A stretch of DNA of 21,264 bases from an archaeon (lineage in GTDB: Archaea > Asgardarchaeota > Thorarchaeia > Thorarchaeales > Thorarchaeaceae), in the NCBI GenBank assembly GCA_024275415.1, contig JAJRZD010000088.1:1-21264 (forward strand), written 5' to 3'. This document shows, in pieces, positions 1 through 7,263 of this stretch. The notes under the pieces are model-generated. The model saw nothing but the letters and a program-made list of their open reading frames with translations. It did not search any database and was not told the DNA's origin. The first letter of the stretch is position 1. Each line of letters starts with the position of its first letter. The translations under genes and the position numbers were made by a program.

Positions 1-1
1 C

Positions 2-238
2 TCACTCAACTTCTATGACCTCGACTGTGGTTGTTGTATCTTGAGGGCCGGAGATTCGCTCCGCTATAAAGGGCTCGAAAAAGCAGTTGTTAATATTCGA
101 GAACGCAATCCATCCTTGGCTCACTCGACAGATACAAAATCCTTTCCCCTTATTAGAGCTATGGTCAACTCAGTTCAACTTTGGAAACGAAACAACAAGG
201 ATAGACAGCTCATTCATACCAAGCCACATAACAAGCAT
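2..238 (-). other. Candidate 78-codon ORF interrupted by a single in-frame TGA (possible Sec recoding, pseudogene or chance)
   Basis: ATG at 238 reads MLVMWLGMNELSILVVSFPKLN-[TGA at 172-170]-VDHSSNKGKGFCICRVSQGWIAFSNINNCFFEPFIAERISGPQDTTTTVEVIEVE-TGA(4-2). AT-rich promoter-like DNA lies directly upstream. No homology recognised. Confidence 0.2.
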
Positions 239-244
239 GTTAAT

Positions 245-264
245 TAATTAGATATAGTTAATTA
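245..264. promoter_or_regulatory. Palindromic operator-like motif TAATT-N10-AATTA (copy 1)
   Basis: taatt-agatatagtt-aatta matches 5217-5236 at 16 of 20 positions; it lies in an AT-rich intergenic region. Confidence 0.35.
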
Positions 265-489
265 CCGGGGTTGTAAACAACTGCGCCAGACTTGCCCAAA
301 CGTAGACATCCTTTAGATGAATATTTGAAGTAATTTATAGAGCTTTATAGACTCGACCACTCCCACAGGAGTATGAGGTTATCCATTGCACACAAACGGC
401 CTCGCAGAGTCCACAGTGCTCTTGATTAGAGGAATCCTTGGATTCTAACAAATCCGCCCATATCAAGAAGAAAGTGCATATTCTGCGAG

Positions 490-1200
490 GTGCTCTTTCA
501 CAACTCCTTTAAATCATTCACAAAGTGCGGCATCGCAAACGAGGAATCGTATGTGGACAGCAACAATCGCGATGACTGGATGACCAACGGCCACGGGGTC
601 TTCATTGATATCCATGACACACTTCGTCCCTATGAAGATGTGACTAGGTTCTTCAGAAAGGTTGAGAGGGACTTCGATAGGAGAGCATACTGCAATGGTT
701 CAAACACGAGGGGAAGATGGATATACCAGATATACAGCATCGAGTTCATCAGAAACCTGTCTAACCTAATAGAAAGGGTCTATGTTGCATCTCACTCATC
801 TGGACCAATTCTAGAGGTCATGGCGGGCGATGGGTTGCTGGGCCGGTTCGTTGAGCAGTTCAGTAATCACAGGATCATTTCGACAGATGCAAAGACGAGC
901 CGTGACAATATCGGGTTCCCAAAGTCGGTAATACGCCTCGATGCACTGAGCGCAGTAACAGAGTATGACCCATCTGTGGTCGTGATGTGTTGGGAACCTT
1001 TCTATTCAGATGTGAGCCTTGAAATCGTTGCAGGAAGAAAACCTGTCATCTGGATTGGCGACCCACTATCATGTGCTGTTTCCAGCGACATCCACCGAAT
1101 GGATCATATTGCACACCATTCGCCATATCTACTGGGAAGGCATGATAATTTCACAAACAGAACCTTCAGAACGGTAGTAAAGATATTCAATCAGGAATAA
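490..1200 (+). CDS. Class I SAM-dependent methyltransferase-like protein (start uncertain; ATG 580 plausible)
   Basis: 236-codon ORF with motif-I-like ILEVMAGDGLLG, followed by IISTD, RLDALSAV and VVVMCWEP, matching Rossmann methyltransferase strand order. Confidence 0.55.
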   Translation: MLFHNSFKSFTKCGIANEESYVDSNNRDDWMTNGHGVFIDIHDTLRPYEDVTRFFRKVERDFDRRAYCNGSNTRGRWIYQIYSIEFIRNLSNLIERVYVASHSSGPILEVMAGDGLLGRFVEQFSNHRIISTDAKTSRDNIGFPKSVIRLDALSAVTEYDPSVVVMCWEPFYSDVSLEIVAGRKPVIWIGDPLSCAVSSDIHRMDHIAHHSPYLLGRHDNFTNRTFRTVVKIFNQE

Positions 1201-1808
1201 GGCGCTAGTTCGTAGGACTTGCCGATTCTCCAGCCACTCCAGAGCAGACTCAGTACCAGTCCAGTCAGTGCGAGAGGAAACATTAACGGTAGGACGGAGA
1301 TGAACGCGACTGTGACGGCGGCCGATGCAATCCCTAACGAAAGGATAAAGGTGGGACCACAGCAGGCGAACCCTGTGAGAAGTGCGGGAACAGCCGAGAA
1401 GACGCTCTGTGTAGGATTGACTCTGCATTGTCTTCTTGCCCTGTATGTGTACACCGAAACAGCGATATTCGTCCCCACGAGAACGGCAATGATCGAACCA
1501 AAAATGATGTTGGGGATAGAGAGGAAAACAGTAAAGAAACCAAGGGATATGAACCCGATGAACTCCCAGTTGAAGGGAGCACGCTCTCTGAGAATCAATG
1601 CAGGCCAGTTCTCCAAGATTGTAATTCCAATTGTTCCGGAGCCAGCGAAACTCATTAGCCCAGTGATGCCAAAGTAGAAGAAAAGGTATACCAGTGCTGT
1701 GAGCAAGAGGATCCTCCTGCTTGTGCCCGCACGCAATGCATTCCGGATCTCATTGAGTGCCATCCGAAAATTCGATTTTGCGGTGCTTGAGCCGACACTT
1801 TCTGACAT
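1191..1808 (-). CDS. Multi-pass membrane protein with vicinal-Cys ACCGP motif (possible metal binding or transport)
   Basis: ATG start, about 4-5 hydrophobic segments, GFACCGP at the start of a late helix; divergent from the DUF3179 gene. Confidence 0.7.
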   Translation of the reverse strand: MSESVGSSTAKSNFRMALNEIRNALRAGTSRRILLLTALVYLFFYFGITGLMSFAGSGTIGITILENWPALILRERAPFNWEFIGFISLGFFTVFLSIPNIIFGSIIAVLVGTNIAVSVYTYRARRQCRVNPTQSVFSAVPALLTGFACCGPTFILSLGIASAAVTVAFISVLPLMFPLALTGLVLSLLWSGWRIGKSYELAPYS

Positions 1809-1923
1809 GTCAAATCGGGTATTAATTCGTAGATCAGGATATAATAGGCCTTACACCGGCACGGGTTTGGTTCCGTATTGGATGGACTTATATTAATAAT
1901 TGTTAATATATAATAGATTGAAA

Positions 1924-3051
1924 ATGCTTGCTAAACGCAATTTTGTTGCATTGGTTGTCATTTTCGCGATTGTCACGGGATTTGGCATCGCTATTGTGGC
2001 ACTTAACCAGAACGCAGGAACATCCGATGATGACATTGCTCCCAACATCCCAGATAATCGTGCCTACGGATATCCTGTGAACGAAACACTGTTACACGAA
2101 TATGAGAAAAACCTCAATGCCGGTGGGCCGCCTCCAGATGGGATACCTCCTATCGACAAGCCTGAATACTGGACGGCATCAGAGGCAGAAGAATATCTCA
2201 ACGATGCAGACATCGTCTTTGGCTTGGCGCTTGGTGGGGTGATACTTGCATTTCCGCAGAGGGTAATGGTGTGGCATGAGATTGTCAATGAGGTAATCAA
2301 CGGGACACGGGTCACTATCACTTATTGTCCGTTAACTGGCTCAGCCATCGCGTTCCGTGGGAACCTGCCAGGTAACGACACGACTTTTGGTACAAGCGGG
2401 CGTTTAATCAACTCGAATCTCGTGATGTATGACAGAGCCACGAACTCATATTTTCCTCAGATACTCTCGCAGGCAATCAATAAGAATTACCTTGGCTATC
2501 GACTGGAGAAGATCCATATGGTATGGACTCAGTGGGGGAAGTGGAAAGATACCTACCCGGATACCATTGTGCTCTCGACTGACACAGGATATGTTCGAGA
2601 TTACAGCTGGGATCCCTATGGGTCATATTCGGATGCGAACTCATACTACTACAGCGAAGACATCCTCTTCCCCGTAATGAATACCGACGACAGACTATAT
2701 GAGAAGGATGTAGTGATAGGTGTAGAAACCATTCAGGGACAGTATGCCATCCAAAAACAGGTATTGCGAACAGAGAACCTAGTACAGTTCGATATCGGAA
2801 ACGAGAGCTTTGTGGCCTTTTACGACTCTGACCTCGACACTGTACGGACTTTCTCGCGCGAGTTCCAGGGAGTTCTGCTGGACTTCATCTTTGAGAACGG
2901 GACGTTCGTGGACAGGCAGATGGCATACAACTGGTCGGTGCTTGGGGATTCGACAGCGGGCAATCTTGTGGAGATAGCGAACATGGATGTCATGTGGTAC
3001 TCGTGGGTCGCATATTTCCCCAGTACCGGGCTTACCTGTACGAATTGCTGA
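1924..3051 (+). CDS. DUF3179 domain-containing protein, N-terminally anchored or secreted
   Basis: N-terminal hydrophobic helix; family-typical motifs GGPPPDGIPPID, WHEIVN, TYCPLTGS, FGTSGRLINSNLVMYDRAT, W..W...YPDT.VLS and W.AYFP. ATG 1924 preferred over TTG 1900. Confidence 0.85.
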   Translation: MLAKRNFVALVVIFAIVTGFGIAIVALNQNAGTSDDDIAPNIPDNRAYGYPVNETLLHEYEKNLNAGGPPPDGIPPIDKPEYWTASEAEEYLNDADIVFGLALGGVILAFPQRVMVWHEIVNEVINGTRVTITYCPLTGSAIAFRGNLPGNDTTFGTSGRLINSNLVMYDRATNSYFPQILSQAINKNYLGYRLEKIHMVWTQWGKWKDTYPDTIVLSTDTGYVRDYSWDPYGSYSDANSYYYSEDILFPVMNTDDRLYEKDVVIGVETIQGQYAIQKQVLRTENLVQFDIGNESFVAFYDSDLDTVRTFSREFQGVLLDFIFENGTFVDRQMAYNWSVLGDSTAGNLVEIANMDVMWYSWVAYFPSTGLTCTNC

Positions 3052-3146
3052 TTCCTCCGTAGATGCCTAGTTGTATGCCTCTGTGTTACACCTGTTCATA
3101 TTCTACTCCTGTAATGTATCTGTAGAAGCGAGAGGAAGACACTATC

Positions 3147-4076
3147 ATGGTGAAGCCAGAAGTAGAAGCGGTGGACATCGATCCCAAGACTGGCACGACC
3201 TTGGGTTTCTACCACTATGGCACTGACAGGCCGAATGTATTGGTACTCTCAGCAATGGAAGGTCATTCGGCCACTTGTGTGTACGCGAGCTTCCTGCTGA
3301 TGAGGTATTTTGAGGGGATTGGTCGCATCGACGGTTCTATCTCAGTCCTTCCAGTTGCGAACCCGTTAGCGTTCAGGCTCGGAGCTCGCGTGTCACCATT
3401 GGATTCACAAGCGCTCGATACGGTATTCCCAGGGAGCGAGTTTGGAACCCTCACTGAGCGGATTGCATGGGAGATATGGCGCAAGGTATCACAGGCAGAT
3501 TATGTCATCCAGCTCAGATCCATACACCATTCGTGCATTAGCCACGTTGAAACCATGCATAGAGAATACATCCATGTGCGGAACTTGGCATCCCAGATAG
3601 GACTGCCCTTTGTTGTACAGAGTAGTGCCCTTCGAGGTATGCTATCAACTGAAGCAGCTCACGAGGGCATCCCTGCGGTGACTATCAATCTCAGAGGGTT
3701 CAGGGATCAGGTCGACCCACAGGCATCCGTCGAGGTTCGAGAAAGCATCATCAATTTCCTGAAGATTACCGGCATGATTTCAGGGGAAACTATCGAGACC
3801 TCCAGCACCTTCACAGGACGCACTCTTCATGTCAACTCGACAGAGGAAGGCTTCTTCATCCCGACTGTTGGGCTCGGTGATAGCGTCAGGATGGACGATG
3901 TGATTGGTTCAGTTGAGGGCTGTGGTGATATTCGTAGCCCCTATGAGGGAATAGTCATTTCCCTTAGTCGAATGAACTACGTCTTTGAAGGCGATCATAT
4001 TGCTGGCATTGCATCAATGATTGCAGACAAGCACCTGCCGCAAGAAGAGAGCCTACAACCTCGCAGGAAGTGGTAG
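3147..4076 (+). CDS. Succinylglutamate desuccinylase/aspartoacylase (AstE/AspA, M14-like) family protein, catalytic motifs degenerate
   Basis: PVANP, VFPG...GTLTERIA, ADYVI and GIPAVT motifs plus a C-terminal barrel-sandwich-like segment (IRSPYEGIV). The usual HGDE, NR, DLH and catalytic E are replaced. Confidence 0.75.
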   Translation: MVKPEVEAVDIDPKTGTTLGFYHYGTDRPNVLVLSAMEGHSATCVYASFLLMRYFEGIGRIDGSISVLPVANPLAFRLGARVSPLDSQALDTVFPGSEFGTLTERIAWEIWRKVSQADYVIQLRSIHHSCISHVETMHREYIHVRNLASQIGLPFVVQSSALRGMLSTEAAHEGIPAVTINLRGFRDQVDPQASVEVRESIINFLKITGMISGETIETSSTFTGRTLHVNSTEEGFFIPTVGLGDSVRMDDVIGSVEGCGDIRSPYEGIVISLSRMNYVFEGDHIAGIASMIADKHLPQEESLQPRRKW

Positions 4077-4516
4077 AGGTGTGCGGTAGCTGCGGGACAT
4101 ATCTTATACGTACCAATGTCGGAGACCCTAAACTCAGAGAGAAGGATGACCTGCTTCTCATCGGGAGCTGCATGAAAGATAGGTTTCCCGATGTGGTGTC
4201 GGAGATCGAAGAGAGAGGAGATGGGATGGTGGTCCTGGATGTCTGCATGGAGGAGATCCATATGAACCACGCAGGGTTCAAAATCGCATCAATTGTCAGG
4301 TATGCGAATATTAAACGGCTCACCGCACTGACCATCGATGGTAGTCCACACTGCGTTCAACTTCATTATGTGATAGAAGACATACAACGACATTTTGCTC
4401 CTGATGTCGAGGTCAGCCATTATGTTGTAGAGAAGGGGAAAGTGTGCAAGGTGTCATCTCAGGCTGTGAAACGATCCCGACACCTTTCGAAGATCGAGGT
4501 CGGGATGACCGAATAG
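4070..4516 (+). CDS. Small Cys-rich putative Fe-S protein (archaeal family often labelled '4Fe-4S ferredoxin')
   Basis: CGSC, LLLIGSC, VCMEE and LTIDGSPHCVQLH motifs; GTG start overlaps the upstream stop, suggesting translational coupling. Confidence 0.6.
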   Translation: MVEVCGSCGTYLIRTNVGDPKLREKDDLLLIGSCMKDRFPDVVSEIEERGDGMVVLDVCMEEIHMNHAGFKIASIVRYANIKRLTALTIDGSPHCVQLHYVIEDIQRHFAPDVEVSHYVVEKGKVCKVSSQAVKRSRHLSKIEVGMTE

Positions 4517-4526
4517 TGTCCTTATG

Positions 4527-4542
4527 GGAACACCAGTGTTCC
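4527..4542. terminator. Short hairpin between convergent genes
   Basis: GGAACAC-CA-GTGTTCC perfect inverted repeat in the 55-nt gap between convergent stops. Confidence 0.3.
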
Positions 4543-4571
4543 AGCTTGACAGGTGACTCCCACTTCATGTA

Positions 4572-5156
4572 CTATCTACGCAGTTTCGGCAGGATGAAGC
4601 CTACCTCTTTCCGATACTGTAGATACAGTTCACCGTAATGCAAGATCAGCTTTCGTTCCTCAAGATATGCGCCAATGAGCGTGTATGCTATTAGGGATAA
4701 TGCGAAGACGATGACCTTCGGGAATGGGTATATGAGCGTCAACGCTCCGAAGAATAAGATTGTTGCGAGGTAGAGAGGATGTCGGATTCTCCCGTAGAGA
4801 CCTTCTGTGACCAACTCAGGCATCCTGTCGCTTCGCATATCGGCCACAGTGCTCACGGAGATGACGGCTGATGCCTTTGCTGCTACCACAGCACCGGCGA
4901 GGAACAAGACAATACCACCTATGAACAGGATCGGGTTCACGAGTTCAGGAAAGAACAGAAAGTATAGCCAATCCCAGTACCACATTGCAATGAATGGTAT
5001 CATTATGGTGATGATACTTGTTACTGTGTAAATCCGTGAATAACCTTCTTTCCCCCATTTGTCAATGATGCGCTCCTTGACTGAGAGAGCTGAGAGTCCG
5101 CTGTGCTGCAACCCAAAAATGATCGTTCCTAAGACTATGAGAATATACTCTATCAT
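4572..5156 (-). CDS. Integral-membrane methyltransferase of the ICMT/PEMT superfamily, MddA/NnrU/nurim-like
   Basis: About 5-6 TM helices, GLYGRIRHPLY and EERKL...YGE.Y..Y motifs, and an N-terminal FGLQHS motif. ATG 5156 preferred over GTG 5168. Confidence 0.75.
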   Translation of the reverse strand: MIEYILIVLGTIIFGLQHSGLSALSVKERIIDKWGKEGYSRIYTVTSIITIMIPFIAMWYWDWLYFLFFPELVNPILFIGGIVLFLAGAVVAAKASAVISVSTVADMRSDRMPELVTEGLYGRIRHPLYLATILFFGALTLIYPFPKVIVFALSLIAYTLIGAYLEERKLILHYGELYLQYRKEVGFILPKLRR

Positions 5157-5194
5157 GTGAGACCTCACAAATATCTGATGATTAGTAGTACGAA

Positions 5195-5206
5195 CAAACT
5201 TATAAG
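5195..5206. promoter_or_regulatory. Palindromic TATA box (CTTATAAG) with upstream A-rich BRE-like bases, between divergent genes
   Basis: caaacttataag lies in the 5157-5258 divergent intergenic region; the palindrome could serve both directions. Confidence 0.45.
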
Positions 5207-5216
5207 AAACTATGGT

Positions 5217-5236
5217 TAATTGACAATAGTTAATTA
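5217..5236. promoter_or_regulatory. Palindromic operator-like motif TAATT-N10-AATTA (copy 2)
   Basis: taatt-gacaatagtt-aatta overlaps the expected transcription start downstream of the TATA at about 5200. Confidence 0.35.
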
Positions 5237-5258
5237 TTTATCGCATAAGGTGTGCGCT

Positions 5259-5825
5259 ATGCAGGAAATACCGGCGAACAAATTCAAAGTAATAGAGATG
5301 TGGAAAGACACGATGGTGACCATCAAAGATGGTGACGAGAAGAAACGGATTGATGCAGTCCGATACCAAATAGGTTACAAGGTGGGAGAAGGACGCGCAA
5401 CTCGTTTTGTGGATCACGGGAATGGCATGCATGAGATTACGGAAAGGACGTTCTACTTTGCTCCTTCAATCCATAAGATGATGGAAGAGCCATTCCATTA
5501 TGATGGTAGCAGTGTCGAGCAGATCATTGGTGAAGCACAGACAGAGAACACGAAAGAGCTAGGTCGAGTCGATTTCTGTGGGGATCACGAGCTAGTGGAG
5601 ATATCCTTCGAGAGCCCAGGCGTTGAATGTTGCGCTATGACGAAGGAAGAAGCAGACAAACACGGCGTGCCATTACAGTTCCTCTCAGGATACCTACTAG
5701 GAAAGAGTGATAACATGTTGAAGGTCGCCCTCACAAAGACGGTCGTTGACAACGGCGTAGTGTACTACGAGAACATCCATGTGGTGCCAGAAAGCTCGGT
5801 AAAGACTCTACAGTGCCTGGAATAA
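5259..5825 (+). CDS. Hypothetical protein (188 aa) with vicinal Cys (GVECC)
   Basis: Long ORF with coding-like composition; ATG 5259 preferred over TTG 5220. No family recognised. Confidence 0.7.
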   Translation: MQEIPANKFKVIEMWKDTMVTIKDGDEKKRIDAVRYQIGYKVGEGRATRFVDHGNGMHEITERTFYFAPSIHKMMEEPFHYDGSSVEQIIGEAQTENTKELGRVDFCGDHELVEISFESPGVECCAMTKEEADKHGVPLQFLSGYLLGKSDNMLKVALTKTVVDNGVVYYENIHVVPESSVKTLQCLE

Positions 5826-5836
5826 ATCATCCTTCC

Positions 5837-5920
5837 GTAAGACGGGTGTTTCGGTTCATCTCCCTGTCACAGCTGCTCCTACACGGCTGGATTTCCTTTC
5901 GCTGGCAACACCCGTCTTAC
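5837..5920. other. Long stem-loop with a perfect 14-bp closing stem (structured 3' UTR, ncRNA or MITE-like remnant)
   Basis: GTAAGACGGGTGTT (5837-5850) and AACACCCGTCTTAC (5907-5920) are exact reverse complements; an inner stem CAGCTG/CGGCTG spans 5870-5889. Confidence 0.6.
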
Positions 5921-5990
5921 AACTAGGGGTAGGTCGGGCGTCCCACGAAACGACTGGACTTAACAATTGTTCCAAGATAGCCGTCTAAAA

Positions 5991-6006
5991 ACAAACAATT
6001 ATATAC
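5991..6006 (+). promoter_or_regulatory. Probable BRE/TATA promoter of tfb
   Basis: acaaacaaTTATATAc about 115 nt upstream of the tfb ATG; an SD-like AGGTGAT sits at 6106-6112. Confidence 0.5.
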
Positions 6007-6118
6007 TCAAAAAATACCGCTTGCGGTCGCGATACCTCTCGATTTGCACTTTTGTGGCAGCATTTGGCAGAACATACGGACAGCCAAAGGTCGAGTGGTC
6101 GCGATAGGTGATCAGAAA

Positions 6119-7060
6119 ATGGCGAAACCAGTCCGTGCGCTAAGTGACAGACAAGGCGCTTTTGTTTGCTCCTCTTGTGGAGGCACCGAATTTTATGAAG
6201 ACATGACGCGCGGGGAAAGCATCTGCACATCTTGCGGATGTGTTCTTTCCGACCGGATTGTAGATACGGGACCTGAATGGAGAGCCTTTACATCCGAGGA
6301 AAGGAATTCTAGGGCTCGAACAGGGTCTCCAATGACCTTGACCATGGCTGACAAGGGACTCGCGACCACGATTGGTTGGAGCGACAAAGACGCCAATGGT
6401 AGGTCGATTGCAGCAAGCAATCGTGCAGCAATCTACAGGATGCGGAAATGGCAGATCAGGACATTGGTGCACAGCTCCCAACATAGGAACCTTAGTATCG
6501 CAATGAGCGAGATGGATAGACTATGCTCTCAGCTGGGTGTGCCAAGTGAGAGCAAGGAAACGTCCGCACTCATCTACAGGAAAGCCCTCGGAAAGAGATT
6601 GGTTCGAGGCCGAAGCATAGAAGGTATGGTCGCGGCTGCAATCTATTTGTCCTGTAGGATCCACAAGATACCAAGACAGTTGGATGAGATCGTTACCGAG
6701 GCAAAGGTGAACAGGAAAGAACTCGGTCAGTGTGTTAGACTTGTACTACGTAATGTACCCATCAAGGTACCAATCCCCTCAGCCAACGACCTCATGCCCA
6801 GAATATCAGCCGACCTGTCATTAGATGGACGCACTGTGCAGACTGCAATGTCCATCATTAATGACGCCAGAGAGCGTGGTATCACTGCTGGGAAGGATCC
6901 TGGTGGCCTTGCAGCAGCTGCACTCTATATAGCTGGTATCATCGAGAATGACAGAAGAACTCAGCGTGAGATAGCAGAAGCAGCCAATGTGACAGAAGTC
7001 ACAGTTCGAAATCGATACAAGGATCTTGCAACAAGTCTGAAGATCACAATCAGGCCATAG
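6119..7060 (+). CDS. tfb: Transcription initiation factor IIB (TFB)
   Basis: Zn ribbon CSSCG...CTSCG, B-reader IVDTGPEWRAF, two cyclin repeats (LVRGRSIE, GKDPGGLAAAALY) and C-terminal HTH TQREIA..ANVTEVTVRNRYK. ATG 6119 follows an AGGTGA SD. Confidence 0.97.
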   Translation: MAKPVRALSDRQGAFVCSSCGGTEFYEDMTRGESICTSCGCVLSDRIVDTGPEWRAFTSEERNSRARTGSPMTLTMADKGLATTIGWSDKDANGRSIAASNRAAIYRMRKWQIRTLVHSSQHRNLSIAMSEMDRLCSQLGVPSESKETSALIYRKALGKRLVRGRSIEGMVAAAIYLSCRIHKIPRQLDEIVTEAKVNRKELGQCVRLVLRNVPIKVPIPSANDLMPRISADLSLDGRTVQTAMSIINDARERGITAGKDPGGLAAAALYIAGIIENDRRTQREIAEAANVTEVTVRNRYKDLATSLKITIRP

Positions 7061-7087
7061 TAGGATCTGTTCGAATTGCAATGATTC

Positions 7088-7224
7088 GCCGCCTTTATGT
7101 GACAAAAACATAGAGGTGGCACTAAATCACGCCAGAAGATGAGAGATAGATTCGCCTAGGTTGGTGAATTTATGAGTGTGCCTGCAAGCCTAATCAGGTT
7201 GATACGGATTTCGAATGGAAATCC
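7088..7224 (+). terminator. Three consecutive hairpins downstream of tfb; the last is followed by a T-rich tract
   Basis: 7088-7120 (13 bp, 2 G-U), 7146-7173 (11 bp, 2 G-U), and 7206-7224 (7 bp perfect) followed by TTTATTGTTTT. Confidence 0.5.
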
Positions 7225-7263
7225 TTTATTGTTTTGCCGCCGTATGCGGTATGTGGTCATTAC

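Noticed and set aside
41-247. 68-aa plus-strand ORF in the track
   Set aside because: TTG start without SD, no recognisable features, ends in the AT-rich promoter region; likely spurious.
330-505. Minus-strand frame containing ferredoxin-like HCGLCEAVC
   Set aside because: Only three Cys of the motif, no following Pro, no convincing start or SD; treated as chance.
1129-1896. Overlapping alternative ORFs (e.g. 1219-1677 +, 1129-1428 -, 1699-1896 +)
   Set aside because: Shadow frames of the 1191-1808 membrane gene with no protein-like motifs.
5837-5960. SRP RNA, TPP or cobalamin riboswitch, or HDV-like ribozyme
   Set aside because: Only isolated short words match (GGAGCAG, GAUGAACC, GCCAGCGAAAGG, CUAGGGG); their order and the required helices do not fit those consensus structures.
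7079-7130. SECIS element (AUGA followed by a 13-bp helix and an A-rich loop) after tfb
   Set aside because: The 3' strand has no GA to form the tandem G.A quartet, and tfb has no in-frame UGA.
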